The notes under the pieces: model-generated
Told to the model about the DNA's origin: nothing
What the model saw: the letters and a program-made list of their open reading frames with translations, nothing else
Databases searched by the model: none
Source: Nemertoderma westbladi
Lineage: Eukaryota > Animalia > Xenacoelomorpha
Direction of reading: 5' to 3'
Length of the DNA: 38,885 nucleotides
Assembly (NCBI GenBank): GCA_032718475.1
Contig: JAUCBJ010007717.1
Location: 1-38,885, forward strand
Shown here: positions 22,301 through 34,689 of the stretch, in pieces
Layout of the letters: every line of letters starts with the position of its first letter
How positions within the stretch are numbered: position 1 is the stretch's first letter
Program-made: the position numbers and the translations under genes

Positions 22301-24326
22301 TTGGCTATACTTGACTGATTGTATACCGACATTGTATAAGCGTGTTATTACTTGGCTATACTTGACTGATTGTATACCGACATTGTATAAGCGTGTTATT
22401 ACTTGGCTATACTTGACTGATTGTATACCGACATTGTATAAGCGTGTTATTACTTGGCTATACTTGATTGATTGTATACCGACATTGTATAAGCGTGTTA
22501 TTACTTGGCTATACTTGACTGATTGTATACCGACATTGTATAAGCGTGTTATTACTTGGCTATACTTGACTGATTGTATACCGACATTGTATAAGCGTGT
22601 TATTACTTGGCTATACTTGACTGATTGTATACCGACATTATATCAGCGTGTTATTACTTGGCTATACTTGACTGATTGTATACCGACATTGTATAAGCGT
22701 GTTATTACTTGGCTATACTTGACTGATTGTATACCGACATTGTATAAGCGTGTTATTACTTGGCTATACTTGACTGATTGTATACCGACATTGTATAAGC
22801 GTGTTATTACTTGGCTATACTTGACTGATTGTATACCGACATTGTATAAGCGTGTTATTACTTGGCTATACTTGACTGATTGTATACCGACATTGTATAA
22901 GCGTGTTATTACTTGGCTATACTTGACTGATTGTATACCGACATTGTATAAGCGTGTTATTACTTGGCTATACTTGACTGATTGTATACCGACATTGTAT
23001 AAGCGTGTTATTACTTGGCTATACTTGACTGATTGTATACCGACATTGTATAAGCGTGTTATTACTTGGCTATACTTGACTGATTGTATACCGACATTGT
23101 ATAAGCGTGTTATTACTTGGCTATACTTGACTGATTGTATACCGACATTGTATAAGCGTGTTATTACTTGGCTATACTTGACTGATTGTATACCGACATT
23201 GTATAAGCGTGTTATTACTTGGCTATACTTGACTGATTGTATACCGACATTGTATAAGCGTGTTATTACTTGGCTATACTTGATTGATTGTATACCGACA
23301 TTGTACAAGCGTGTTATTACTTGGCTGTACTTGACTGATTGTATACCGACATTGTACAACCGTGTTATTACTTGGCTGTACTTGACTGATTGTATACCGA
23401 CATTGTATAAGCGTGTTATTACTTGGCTTTACTTGACTGATTGTATACCGACATTGTATAAGCGTGTTATTACTTGGCTATACTTGACTGATTGTATACC
23501 GACATTGTACAAGCGTGTTATTACTTGGCTGTACTTGACTGATTGTATACCGACATTGTACAAGCGTGTTATTACTTGGCTGTACTTGACTGATTGTATA
23601 CCGACATTGTATAAGCGTGTTATTACTTGGCTATACTTGACTGATTGTATACCGACATTGTATAAGCGTGTTATTACTTGGCTATACTTGACTGATTGTA
23701 TACCGACATTGTATAAGCGTGTTATTACTTGGCTATACTTGACTGATTGTATACCGACATTGTATAAGCGTATTATTACTTGGCTATACTTGATTGATTG
23801 TATACCGACATTGTATAAGCGTATTATTACTTGGCTATACTTGATTGATTGTATACCGACATTGTATAAGCGTGTTATTACTTGGCTATACTTGATTGAT
23901 TGTATACCGACATTGTATAAGCGTGTTATTACTTGGCTATACTTGACTGATTGTATACCGACATTGTATAAGCGTGTTATTACTTGGCTATACTTGATTG
24001 ATTGTATACCGACATTGTATAAGCGTTTTATTACTTGGCTATACTTGACTGATTGTATACCGACATTGTATAAGCGTATTATTACTTGGCTATACTTGAC
24101 TGATTGTATACCGACATTGTATAAGCGTGTTATTACTTGGCTATACTTGATTGATTGTATACTGACATTGTATAAGCGTGTTATTACTTGGCTATACTTG
24201 ACTGATTGTATACCGACATTGTATAAGGGTATTATTACTTGGCTATACTTGACTGATTGTATACCGACATTGTATAAGCGTGTTATTACTTGGCTATACT
24301 TGACTGATTGTATACCGACATTGTAT
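19389..24326. repeat. 51-bp satellite array 1, ~97 copies
   Basis: Unit GTGTTATTACTTGGCTATACTTGACTGATTGTATACCGACATTGTATAAGC; phase identical at 19741, 20761, 21781 and 22801 (20 x 51). Confidence 0.98.
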
Positions 24327-24384
24327 GCGAGTATACAAACACTTGAAAGCCAAATAATAATTAACCTGGACCAAATAATAATTA

Positions 24385-24793
24385 ATATTCTAGAATAAAG
24401 ATAAAATAACATTAGAATTATAGCGATTTACGTCTCTAAATGTACACCTTTGTATTTCGATAAATCTGTGGCAATTTTTAGTGAAATTGAAAACGGATTT
24501 TAGATTCTGACTCTTCATTGAAGGCGGTTCTAATGATATCTGGATTACATTCCAAAGATGAAAAATAAAGTCAACAGAGATGGTTAAATATTGCTAAAAA
24601 GGCGTTTTTAACGGCTTGTTGTATCGAAATAGCTCATAAATTAAAAAATTCCGCTCTGCCAGAAGTAAGAAATATTTTCGAACTATCATCATACCATATT
24701 TCGTAGCATATGATTGAAATTTGAAAAAAATAGGGGGTGTGGGGTGGCGACTACGACTTTCTAAAAATGGTTATTGTATTAAGGGAGATGGTG
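24385..24793. mobile_element. Right arm of the CACCATCTCC foldback MITE family (duplicated at ~30090-30498)
   Basis: Ends TTGTATTAAGGGAGATGGTG|TA, the exact reverse complement of the left TIR at 986 and 34690. Confidence 0.8.
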
Positions 24794-25559
24794 TAATATT
24801 ATAAATAAAGTGTATAATTATAGATCTCACTAGTGCAGTTTGAATTACACATACCCAAATATTTTGTAATTCATTGATTTTTAAATAACACCATGGATAT
24901 TTTTATTCTAGAATGTTTGCCATTTTACAATGATGGAAGACCGTAAATATAGCGCGATTTTTGCCTTCTCCCCTGTATACCGACTGTCAACAAGCCCATG
25001 AACCCGTGATTGCTTGGATTTGGCTATAATTTGGAATATATGTACCTAAGATGCTATTCTACATGACAGTTCAGAAAAATTTAATTTTTCGCTATTTAAT
25101 AAGTCAATACTAGTTAACAATAAAAAAACACTTAATACCCTAAGGCAAGGATGGGTCAACATATCTATTAGGCGAAATTTTGTGAATATGATTCTGCAAT
25201 GCGATTCTCAATATGATCGCTAGGTGGCGCTGTAAATTTATGCTAATTTTTAGGTTTGTTAGTTTAGTATTAAATTTTATTAACTAAAAATTTCAAAACG
25301 TTGTCGTTAATGCAAAGTTGCGATGTAGACACCCACAAAAATTTTCAGACCCATTGCTCAAAAATTGTAGAAGTAGTAGGGTTTTGAATTTCACAATTTC
25401 ATTAGTAATAGCAATTTCAATAGGTCTCCCAAAATGGAAATTGTTATAACTTGAAAACTAAAAGAGCTATTAAATATAAGATTTCAGATTTGGAAACACC
25501 ATTCAATCATGCAATATAATCGATCATAAAAATAATATATTTTGGAACAAAAGGGTGTA

Positions 25560-25590
<31 letters not shown>

Positions 25591-25598
25591 AACATGGG

Positions 25599-26324
25599 TA
25601 CTAGTGTGTTATACAGTAGGTACACACCCCACACCCACCCCCAAAAAAAAAATTTTACGAGCTAGTTTTTGCTATTTCTTTTTATAAACATGTTCCAGAA
25701 CATTTTAGCTAATTTATAAAAAATTAATAAATGTTCTAGAACAAATATTTTCAATTTAAAAAAATAATAAAAAAATGAATGTAACATTTTTACACTATTT
25801 TTCTATGTTCTACAGTAGAACATATTCGCTAAATTAGAACTAGAAAAAAAAAGTTCTAGAACAAATAATTTTTGTTCTAGAATATTTTTAAAAAATTTAA
25901 ATTTTTTTTTAATTTTTGTAGAATTTGATTCATCTAAGAAGGATTTTACTGTATTGAGGTCATATATTCAGAAAATTAATTACATAGAAGACTTATACTG
26001 TATAAGACTTTTTTAATTCCTCTAAACTCAAATCAGTCATTTTTACAACATGTAATCATAAATCTTAGTTACAGAAAATATAATGATCTATAAAATATAA
26101 TTACCTTGATATCGAATACAACATCACTAATGAAAAATATAATTTAAAGTTTTTTAAAAATTGACTCTAGAACAAAGAATATTTGCTCTAGAATATTTTA
26201 TTATATACAGTAATTTATTAAATATATGACAATGTTTAGAACATTTCCAAAAAAAGTTGGCAAAATGTGCTACAGTATAATAAAAATTTTGAGGGGGGGT
26301 GGGTGTACCTATAACACACTAGTA
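25599..26324. mobile_element. AT-rich MITE with TIR TACTAGTGTGTTATAGGTACACCC and many TTCTAGAA motifs
   Basis: Inverted termini read directly; left TIR interrupted by an extra CAGTA. Confidence 0.8.
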
Positions 26325-26885
26325 CCAATATATATATCAAATATAGCTGGTAAAATTCCGGTAAACACCACACCTTCCCTTCATGTCATTTTTTTATCGG
26401 TGAATAACTCACAAAGCCGCTCGCCATTCAAAATATAGAGCAAGTTATAAAAGGGCAGTGGGCTGCAGCGGCCGCCCGTCGCTACCACTCGCCGCAGCTG
26501 TGGTGTGTCACAGTTTGTGGAATAATTTTAGCACCACTGGAATTAAGTATTTAGTAATTAATAATAATTAGTAGGCCTATATTGTAGCCAATACATTAAT
26601 GTAAATAAAACTATAAATATAACCAAAACATTAAATATTCCAGAGTTTTGTTGGTTCAGTTTCATAGCAACTAATGAAAATCTTACTCTTATTTATTTAC
26701 AACAATACCCCTAATATAACAATAAGTGTGTACCCCCCCCCCCCCCCCCTAATTTTTGAAACTTTTAAACAAATGATGCGATATTTATTTTATTATGAAG
26801 GAAGTTCGACAAAGTTTCATAATACTTTGCCTTACTTGAAACACTAGGATACAAGGTACCGGTAATATAAATCATAGTGCAGTCA

Positions 26886-28864
26886 GTGCGTTCGTAGCTC
26901 CAGATGGCTCCCACACAAGTGTGGAAGCTACAGAGAGCTATATAAAGTATATCTTTGATCAACACTTACCTCTAACTAAGATGAAAGTACATAACTTTCA
27001 CATACGTCAACCTATTCCTGGTGTTAAAGGCATTCTAGCTGAGAAAAAGAAAGCTATAGCATGTAAGGATAATGTTAAGAGAAATGAGTGCCAGAGAAAA
27101 ATCAACAAACTGATCTTTGATAAACGGCAAATGGAATTCACCAATATGCCAAAAACTCAACTGTACAAACTATCTGATACCTGTATAAGGAAAAAACACC
27201 AAGTTCATAAATTTGATGAAAATGAAGTCGAGAGTCTTAATAATTTCTTCACTAGATTTAACGAGGATGTGAATAAGGATGAGCCTATATATAATGGTAC
27301 CACCTATGATAATGATATTCATGTTGATCCGATTGTGGTTGAGAAATTAATACGTAAATTGAAACCGAATACAGCCCAAGGTAGTAGCATTGTTTCTGCA
27401 ATTTGCTATAAAACCTTTGCAAAAGAACTTTCTATACCTTATGCTTCACTATTCAGAGATAGTTTCCATCAACAAAAATACCCGCAATGTTGGAATTCGT
27501 CTTTGACATCTGCCTTACCTAAAAGATGTGATTCATCATTTTCTGAAAAAACCAGCTTCAGACCAGTATGTGTGGGGCGAGCCACGAAGTTGGCGGAGCC
27601 TTAGCGAATTGACACTGTTAGGGGGTGGGTCAATTTATGCAAATAGTTGTCGTCGTCGTCGTTGTCGTCGTCGTCGTCGTTGTCGTCGCCGTCGTCGTTG
27701 TCGTCGTCGTCGTCGTTACGATTTTGACATGCTAATAACTTTGTCGGATTTAAAGCTGCCAAGTTGAAAATTTGTAGGTATCAATATGAGCAAAAGTTGA
27801 GATTTTTGAGAGACTTTCAGACACCATCAGTGCAATGGTCTCCCGCTAGAGGGCCACATGTCTAAACATTAAATGCCCTCCCATTTCTTTGCTTTTAATC
27901 CGTTTAAGCTGAAACTTGGCAGATATGTATTAGACCATTAGCTGTGACTTTCAAAGGAGGCAAATCCATCTGCAGTTCTCCAGTCTGCCGCTAGAGGGCC
28001 AACGTGACTATTTGCATAAATTGACCTACCCCCTAACAGTGTCAATTCGCTAAGGCTCTGCCAACTTCGTGCTGCGCGAAGTCCCCACTTCGTGTTACTC
28101 CTTTGAGTTCTAGGTGTTTAGACAGATTGGCTCTAGATATATTTCGTAATGCAAGTAAATCCACTGATGATATTTTTCAATTTGCATACAAAAAAGGTTA
28201 TTCTACAGCTGATGCGATCTTATACCTCCTTCATCAGATTACAAAAGCGTTAGATGAAAGACACACAATTGTAAAATGTTTATTCATAGACTACTCATCT
28301 GCTTTTAACACAGTGTTACAAAACAAGTTTTTAAACAGACTTTTAGACGAATTACCAATAGAGATGCGTTGGTTGGCCAGCTGGCTTCACTCATACATGA
28401 GTGGTTTCTCTCAATCGGTTAAATCTGGAAAAAACATCTTCCTCTATTTCACTGAAAGTTGGTTTTCCCCAAGGGGGTCCTCTTAGTGGACCTTTGTTTA
28501 CCAAAGACACTGATGAAATTCGAGCTGACGATGGATCCCTAGCAAAATATTCTGATGACTCAAGAAATCTACAGGCGATAAGGCATTCCGCAGAAAATGA
28601 CAAATATAAGTCTAACATCCAGCGAATTGTTGAGCTATCACATGGAAAAAACTTAAAGATAAACGCAAAGAAATCTGAAGAACTATGTTTCATTCCAATG
28701 AACTTTAAAGAACAGAAAGTTCTAGATATCGCAGAAGAAATAATCTACATAGATGGTGACGAGGTTCCGCGTCCGTCCGAAGTGAAACATCTTGGAATAT
28801 GGATTGCAAATAATCTATCACGGAAAACTCATATATTTAAACTTATAAAAAGGGTAAATTACAT
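26886..28864 (+). mobile_element. Rex1/Babar-like LINE ORF2 (copy B): 5'- and 3'-truncated, insertion-disrupted, frameshifted near 28435
   Basis: FRPV, QFAYKKGYSTADA, FIDYSSAFNTV, GFPQGGPLSGPLF, YSDD, KHLG across ORFs 26921-27604, 28103-28486 and 28401-28925. Confidence 0.9.
27574..28091 (+). mobile_element. 518-bp non-autonomous element (HINE/DINE-1-like or MITE) with a (GTC)n microsatellite
   Basis: Absent from the duplicate (33291 TATGTGTTAC); ~65-bp subterminal inverted repeats 27583-27647 / 28007-28071; (GTC)n 27648-27715; terminal hairpin CGAAGT-CCCC-ACTTCG; GTGT on both sides. Confidence 0.85.
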
Positions 28865-28981
28865 TATTTGTGTTCTCTGTTTGTTCTGTATTTGTATGTA
28901 CCGTTGCTGTTTCAGAGTTTACTGATTATTACACTTCAGCACTTGACAGTCAGATAGTTACCGGTGTTTTCATACTTAACA

Positions 28982-30047
28982 GTTATTACTTGGCTATACT
29001 TGACTGATTGTATACCGACATTGTATAAGCGTGTTATTACTTGGCTATACTTGACTGATTGTATACCGACATTGTATAAGCGTGTTATTACTTGGCTATA
29101 CTTGACTGATTCTATACCGACATTGTATAAGCGTGTTATTACTTGGCTATACTTGACTGATTGTATACCGACATTGTATAAGCGTGTTATTACTTGGCTA
29201 TACTTGACTGATTGTATACCGACATTGTATAAGCGTGTTATTACTTGGCTATACTTGACTGATTGTATACCGACATTGTATAAGCGTGTTATTACTTGGC
29301 TATACTTAACTGATTGTATACCGACATTGTATAAGCGTGTTATTACTTGGCTATACTTGACTGATTGTATACCGACATTGTATAAGCGTGTTATTACTTG
29401 GCTATACTTGACTGATTGTATACCGACATTGTATAAGCGTGTTATTACTTGGCTATACTTGACTGATTCTATACCGACATTGTATAAGCGTGTTATTACT
29501 TGGCTATACTTGACTGATTGTATACCGACATTGTATAAGCGTGTTATTACTTGGCTATACTTGACTGATTGTATACCGACATTGTATAAGCGTGTTATTA
29601 CTTGGCTATACTTGACTGATTGTATACCGACATTGTATAAGCGTGTTATTACTTGGCTATACTTAACTGATTGTATACCGACATTGTATAAGCGTGTTAT
29701 TACTTGGCTATACTTAACTGATTGTATACCGACATTGTACAAGCGTGTTATTACTTGGCTGTACTTGACTGATTGTATACCGACATTGTATAAGCGTGTT
29801 ATTACTTGGCTATACTTAACTGATTGTATACCGACATTGTATAAGCGTGTTATTACTTGGCTATACTTGACTGATTGTATACCGACATTGTATAAGCGTG
29901 TTATTACTTGGCTATACTTAACTGATTGTATACCGACATTGTATAAGCGTGTTATTACTTGGCTATACTTAACTGATTGTATACCGACATTGTATAAGCG
30001 TGTTATTACTTGGCTATACTTAACTGATTGTATACCGACATTGTATA
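28982..30047. repeat. 51-bp satellite array 2, ~21 copies
   Basis: Same unit as array 1, with private variants TTAACTGA and TTCTATAC. Confidence 0.98.
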
Positions 30048-31313
30048 CGAGTATACAAACACTTGAAAGCCTGAACCAAATAATATGTATTATTCTAGAA
30101 TAAAGATAAAATAACATTAGAATTATAGCGATTTACGTCTCTAAATGTACACCTTTGTATTTCGATAAATCTGTGGCAATTTTTAGTGAAATTGAAAACG
30201 GATTTTAGATTCTGACTCTTCATTGGAGGCGGTTCTAATGATATCTGGATTACATTCCGAAGATGAAAAATAAAGTCAACAGAGATGGTTAAATATTGCT
30301 AAAAAGGCGTTTTTAACGGCTTGTTGTATCGAAATAGCTCATAAATTAAAAAATTCCGCTCTGCCAGAAGTAAGAAATATTTTCGAACTATCATCATACC
30401 ATATTTCGTAGCATATGATTGAAATTTGAAAAAAATAGGGGGTGTGGGGTGGCGACTACGACTTTCTAAAAATGGTTATTGTATTAAGGGAGATGGTGTA
30501 ATATTATAAATAAAGTGTATAATTATAGATCTCACTAGTGCAGTTTGAATTACACATACCCAAATATTTTGTAATTCATTGATTTTTAAATAACACCATG
30601 GATATTTTTATTCTAGAATGTTTGCCATTTTACAATGATGGATGACCGTAAATATAGCGCGATTTTTGCCTTCTCCCCTGTATACCGACTGTCAACATGC
30701 CCATGAAACCGTGATTGCTTGGATTTGGCTATAATTTGGAATATATGTACCTAAGATGCTATTCTACATGACAGTTCAGAAAAATTTAATTTTTCGCTAT
30801 TTAATAAGTTAATACTAGTTAACAATAAATAAACGCTTAAAATCCTAAGGCTTCTACAGTTTTGAATCAAATCACATGAAAGTTTTTTATATGACAGATC
30901 AAGGATGGGTCAAAATATCTATTAGGCGAAATTTTGTGAATATGATTCTGCAATGCGATTCTCAATATGATCGCTAGGTGGCGCTGTTAATTTATGCTAA
31001 TTTTTAGGTTTGTTAGTTTAGTATTACATTTTATTAACTAAAAATTTAAAAACGTTTTCGTTAATGCAAAGTTGCGATGTAGACACCCACAAAAATTTTC
31101 AGACTTATTGCTCAAAAATTGTAGAAGTAGTAGGGTTTTGAATTTCACAATTTCATTAGTAATAGCAATTTCAATAGGTCTCCCAAAATGGAAATTGTTA
31201 TAACTTGAAAACTAAAAGAGCTATTAAATATAAGATTTCAGATTTGGAAACACCATTCAATCATGCAATATAATCGATCATAAAAATAATATATTTTGGA
31301 ACAAAAGGGTGTA

Positions 31314-31344
<31 letters not shown>

Positions 31345-34068
31345 AAACATGGGTACTAGTGTGTTATAGGTACACCCCCCACACCCACCCCCAAAAAAAA
31401 AATTTTACGAGCTAGTTTTTGCTATTTCTTTTTATAAACATGTTCCAGAACATTTTAGCTAATTTATAAAAAATTAATAAATGTTCTAGAACAAATATTT
31501 TCAATTAAAAAAAATAATAAAAAAATGAATGTAACATTTTTACACTATTTTTCTATGTTCTACAGTAGAACATATTGGCTAAATTAGAACTAGAAAAAAA
31601 AGTTCTAGAACAAATAATTTTTGTTCTAGAATATTTTTAAAAAATATAAAATTTTTTTTTAATTTTTGTAGAATTTGTTTCATCTAAGAAGGATTTCACT
31701 GTATTGAGGTCATATATTCAGAAAATTAATTACATAGAAGACTTATACTGTATAAGACTTATTAATTCCTCTAAACTCAAATCAGTCATTTTTACAACAT
31801 GTAATCATAAATCTTAGTTACAGAAAATATAATGATCTATAAAATATAATTACCTTGATATCGAATTCAACATCACTAATGAAAAATATAATTTAAAGTT
31901 TTTTAAAAATTGACTCTAGAACAAAGAATATTTGTTCTAGAATATTTTATTATATGAATTATTAAATATATGACATATTTCCAAAAAAGTTGGCAAAAAT
32001 GTGGTATAATAAAAATTTTGAGGGGGGTGGGTGTACCTACAACACACTAGTACCAATATATATATCAAATATAGCTGGTAAAATTCCGGTAAACACCACA
32101 CCTTCCCTTCGTGTAATCAGATCAAATTTTTTAAAGCCGCTCGCCGTTAAAATATAGAGCAAGTTCTAAAAGGGCAGTGGGCTGCAGCGGCCGCCCGTCG
32201 CTACCACTCGCCGCAGCTGTGGTGTGTCACAGTTTGTGGAATAATTTTAGCACCACTGGAATTAAGTATTTAGTAATTAATAATAATTAGTAGGCCTATA
32301 TTGTAGCCAATACATTAATGTAAATAAAACTATAAATATAACCAAAACATTAAATATTCCAGAGTTTTGTTGGTTCAGTTTCATAGCAACTAATGAAAAT
32401 CTTACTCTTATTTATTTACAACAATACCCCTAATATAACAATAAGTGTGTACCCCCCCCCCCCCCCCCCCCTAATTTTTGAAACTTTTAAACAAATGATG
32501 CGATATTTATTTTATTATGAAGGAAGTTCGACAAAGTTTCATAATACTCTGCCTTACTTGAAACACTAGGATACAAGGTACCGGTAATATAAATCATAGT
32601 GCAGTCAGTGCGTTCGTAGCTCCAGATGGCTCCCACACAAGTGTGGAAGCTACAGAGAGCTATATAAAGTATATCTTTGATCAACACTTACCTCTAACTA
32701 AGATGAAAGTACATAACTTTCACATACGTCAACCTATTCCTGGTGTTAAAGGCATTCTAGCTGAGAAAAAGAAAGCTATAGCATGTAAGGATAATGTTAA
32801 GAGAAATGAGTGCCAGAGAAAAATCAACAAACTGATCTTTGATAAACGGCAAATGGAATTCACCAATATGCCAAAAACTCAACTGTACAAACTATCTGAT
32901 ACCTGTATAAGGAAAAAACACCAAGTTCATAAATTTGATGAAAATGAAGTCGAGAGTCTTAATAATTTCTTCACTAGATTTAACGAGGATGTGAATAAGG
33001 ATGAGCCTATATATAATGGTACCACCTATGATAATGATATTCATGTTGATCCGATTGTGGTTGAGAAATTAATACGTAAATTGAAACCGAATACAGCCCA
33101 AGCCCAGATTGCATTGTTTCTGCAATTTGCTATAAAACCTTTGCAAAAGAACTTTCTATACCTTATGCTTCACTATTCAGAGATAGTTTCCATCAACAAA
33201 AATACCCGCAATGTTGGAATTCGTCTTTGACATCTGCCTTACCTAAAAGATGTGATTCATCATTTTCTGAAAAAACCAGCTTCGGACCAGTATGTGTTAC
33301 TCCTTTGAGTTCTAGGTGTTTAGACAGATTGGCTCTAGATATATTTCGTAATGCAAGTTAATCCACTGATGATATTTTTCAATTTGCATACAAAAAAGGT
33401 TATTCTACAGCTGATGCGATCTTATACCTCCTTCATCAGATTACAAAAGCGTTAGATGAAAGACACACAATTGTAAAATGTTTATTCATAGACTACTCAT
33501 CTGCTTTTAACACAGTGTTACAAAACAAGTTTTTAAACAGACTTTTAGACGAATTACCAATAGAGATGCGTTGGTTGGCCAGCTGGCTTCACTCATACAT
33601 GAGTGGTTTCTCTCAATCGGTTAAATCTGGAAAAAACATATCTTCCTCTATTTCACTGAAAGTTGGTTTTCCCCAAGGGGGTCCTCTTAGTGGACCTTTG
33701 TTTACCAAAGACACTGATGAAATTCGAGCTGACGATGGATCCCTAGCAAAATATTCTGATGACTCAAGAAATCTACAGGCGATAAGGCATTCCGCAGAAA
33801 ATGACAAATATAAGTCTAACATACAGCGAATTGTTGGGCTATCACATGGAAAAAACTTAAAGATAAACGCAAAGAAATCTGAAGAACTATGTTTCATTCC
33901 AATGAACTTTAAAGAACAGAAAGTTCTAGATATCGCAGAAGAAATAATCTACATAGATGGTGACGAGGTTCCGCGTCCGTCCGAAGTGAAACATCTTGGA
34001 ATATGGATTGCAAATAATCTATCATGGAAAACTCATATATTTAAACTTATAAAAAGGGTAAATTACAT
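30048..34068 (+). repeat. Tandem segmental duplication, copy 2
   Basis: Matches 24327-28864 without the 27574-28091 insertion and with ~50 bp extra at ~30851-30900. Confidence 0.95.
31354..32052. mobile_element. Second copy of the TACTAGTGTG-TIR MITE
   Basis: TACTAGTGTGTTATAGGTACACCC ... GGGTGTACCTACAACACACTAGTA. Confidence 0.8.
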
Positions 34069-34607
34069 AGTTCGCCAATTCAGTTTTTTCATCCGGTTTG
34101 CAAATAAAGATACAAAAATATTTCTCTTTGAAACTTACATTGTACCACAATATATGTACTGTGCGGTTGCGTGGGTCCCCCTCATTCCAAAGAATCTCAA
34201 AAAGAAGTTAAAGAGGCCACTGTCGCTGTTTGCCAAACACTCAAAAATTGTAAAACAAGTTTGCATGAACATTATAAATGATGCGTTTTCCAAACAGTTC
34301 ACCAACATGGTAAAGAAGATTGTGGACACGCCGAGTCATCCTCTACACGCTTTCATTATTGGTTGCCGATCAAACTCCACCGCAACTCGCAATAATTACA
34401 GAATGCCTGATACACGGACCAAGATGTTTCATAACTCTTTCGCTCCAAGTGCTATTAGATATCTAATAAACAATGAGATACCGATTTTCATGCAATGATA
34501 TTTTATTTATTTTTATGTAATCTGTGTTTGTGATTAACGGTAATTTTCCTATTTACATTCCTCCATATGTACAGGAAATAAAACGAATTATTCATTCATT
34601 CATTCAT
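32608..34607 (+). mobile_element. Rex1/Babar-like LINE (copy C): 5'-truncated ORF2 with intact 3' end
   Basis: Full RT core to HPLH...NSFAPSAIRYL; frameshift near 33100, TAA at 33359-33361 (AAA in copy B); AATAAA and (ATTC)n tail. Confidence 0.92.
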
Positions 34608-34689
34608 ACAAACATTTAATTATAAATACACCAAGTTCTAGAACACTTAGCTTATGGATGAATAATCCACATACTAGTATTATAATATA

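Larger units (their letters stand above)
24327..28864 (+). repeat. Tandem segmental duplication, copy 1 (partner 30048-~34068; period ~5.7 kb)
   Basis: Near-identical order: 51-bp array end, foldback MITE right arm, poly-C/poly-A, TACTAGT MITE, GC-rich patch, Rex1 LINE. Confidence 0.95.

Noticed and set aside
19398-24398. 1666-aa ORF (and 28964-30103, plus antisense ORFs) as a real repeat protein
   Set aside because: It is a 51-bp (17-codon) unit that happens to lack stops in one frame per strand. Visible variants are mostly non-synonymous, there is no ATG start or non-repeat domain, and it abuts transposon arms.
25690-26240. Heat-shock elements (TTCTAGAA cluster)
   Set aside because: They lie inside a MITE, mostly as two-unit palindromes and not full nGAAn triplets, with no adjacent gene. 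More likely element-internal repeats.
27528-27767. Protamine-like Arg/Cys-rich ORF
   Set aside because: Translation of the (GTC)n microsatellite inside a transposon insertion.
6827-30047. CRISPR arrays (36-, 32- and 51-bp periodicity)
   Set aside because: Units are head-to-tail with no unique spacers, there are no cas genes, and the context is eukaryotic.
33750-33765. YSDD instead of YADD as a novel RT class
   Set aside because: Both catalytic aspartates are retained, the rest is ordinary Rex1-type, and the two copies derive from one duplicated insertion.
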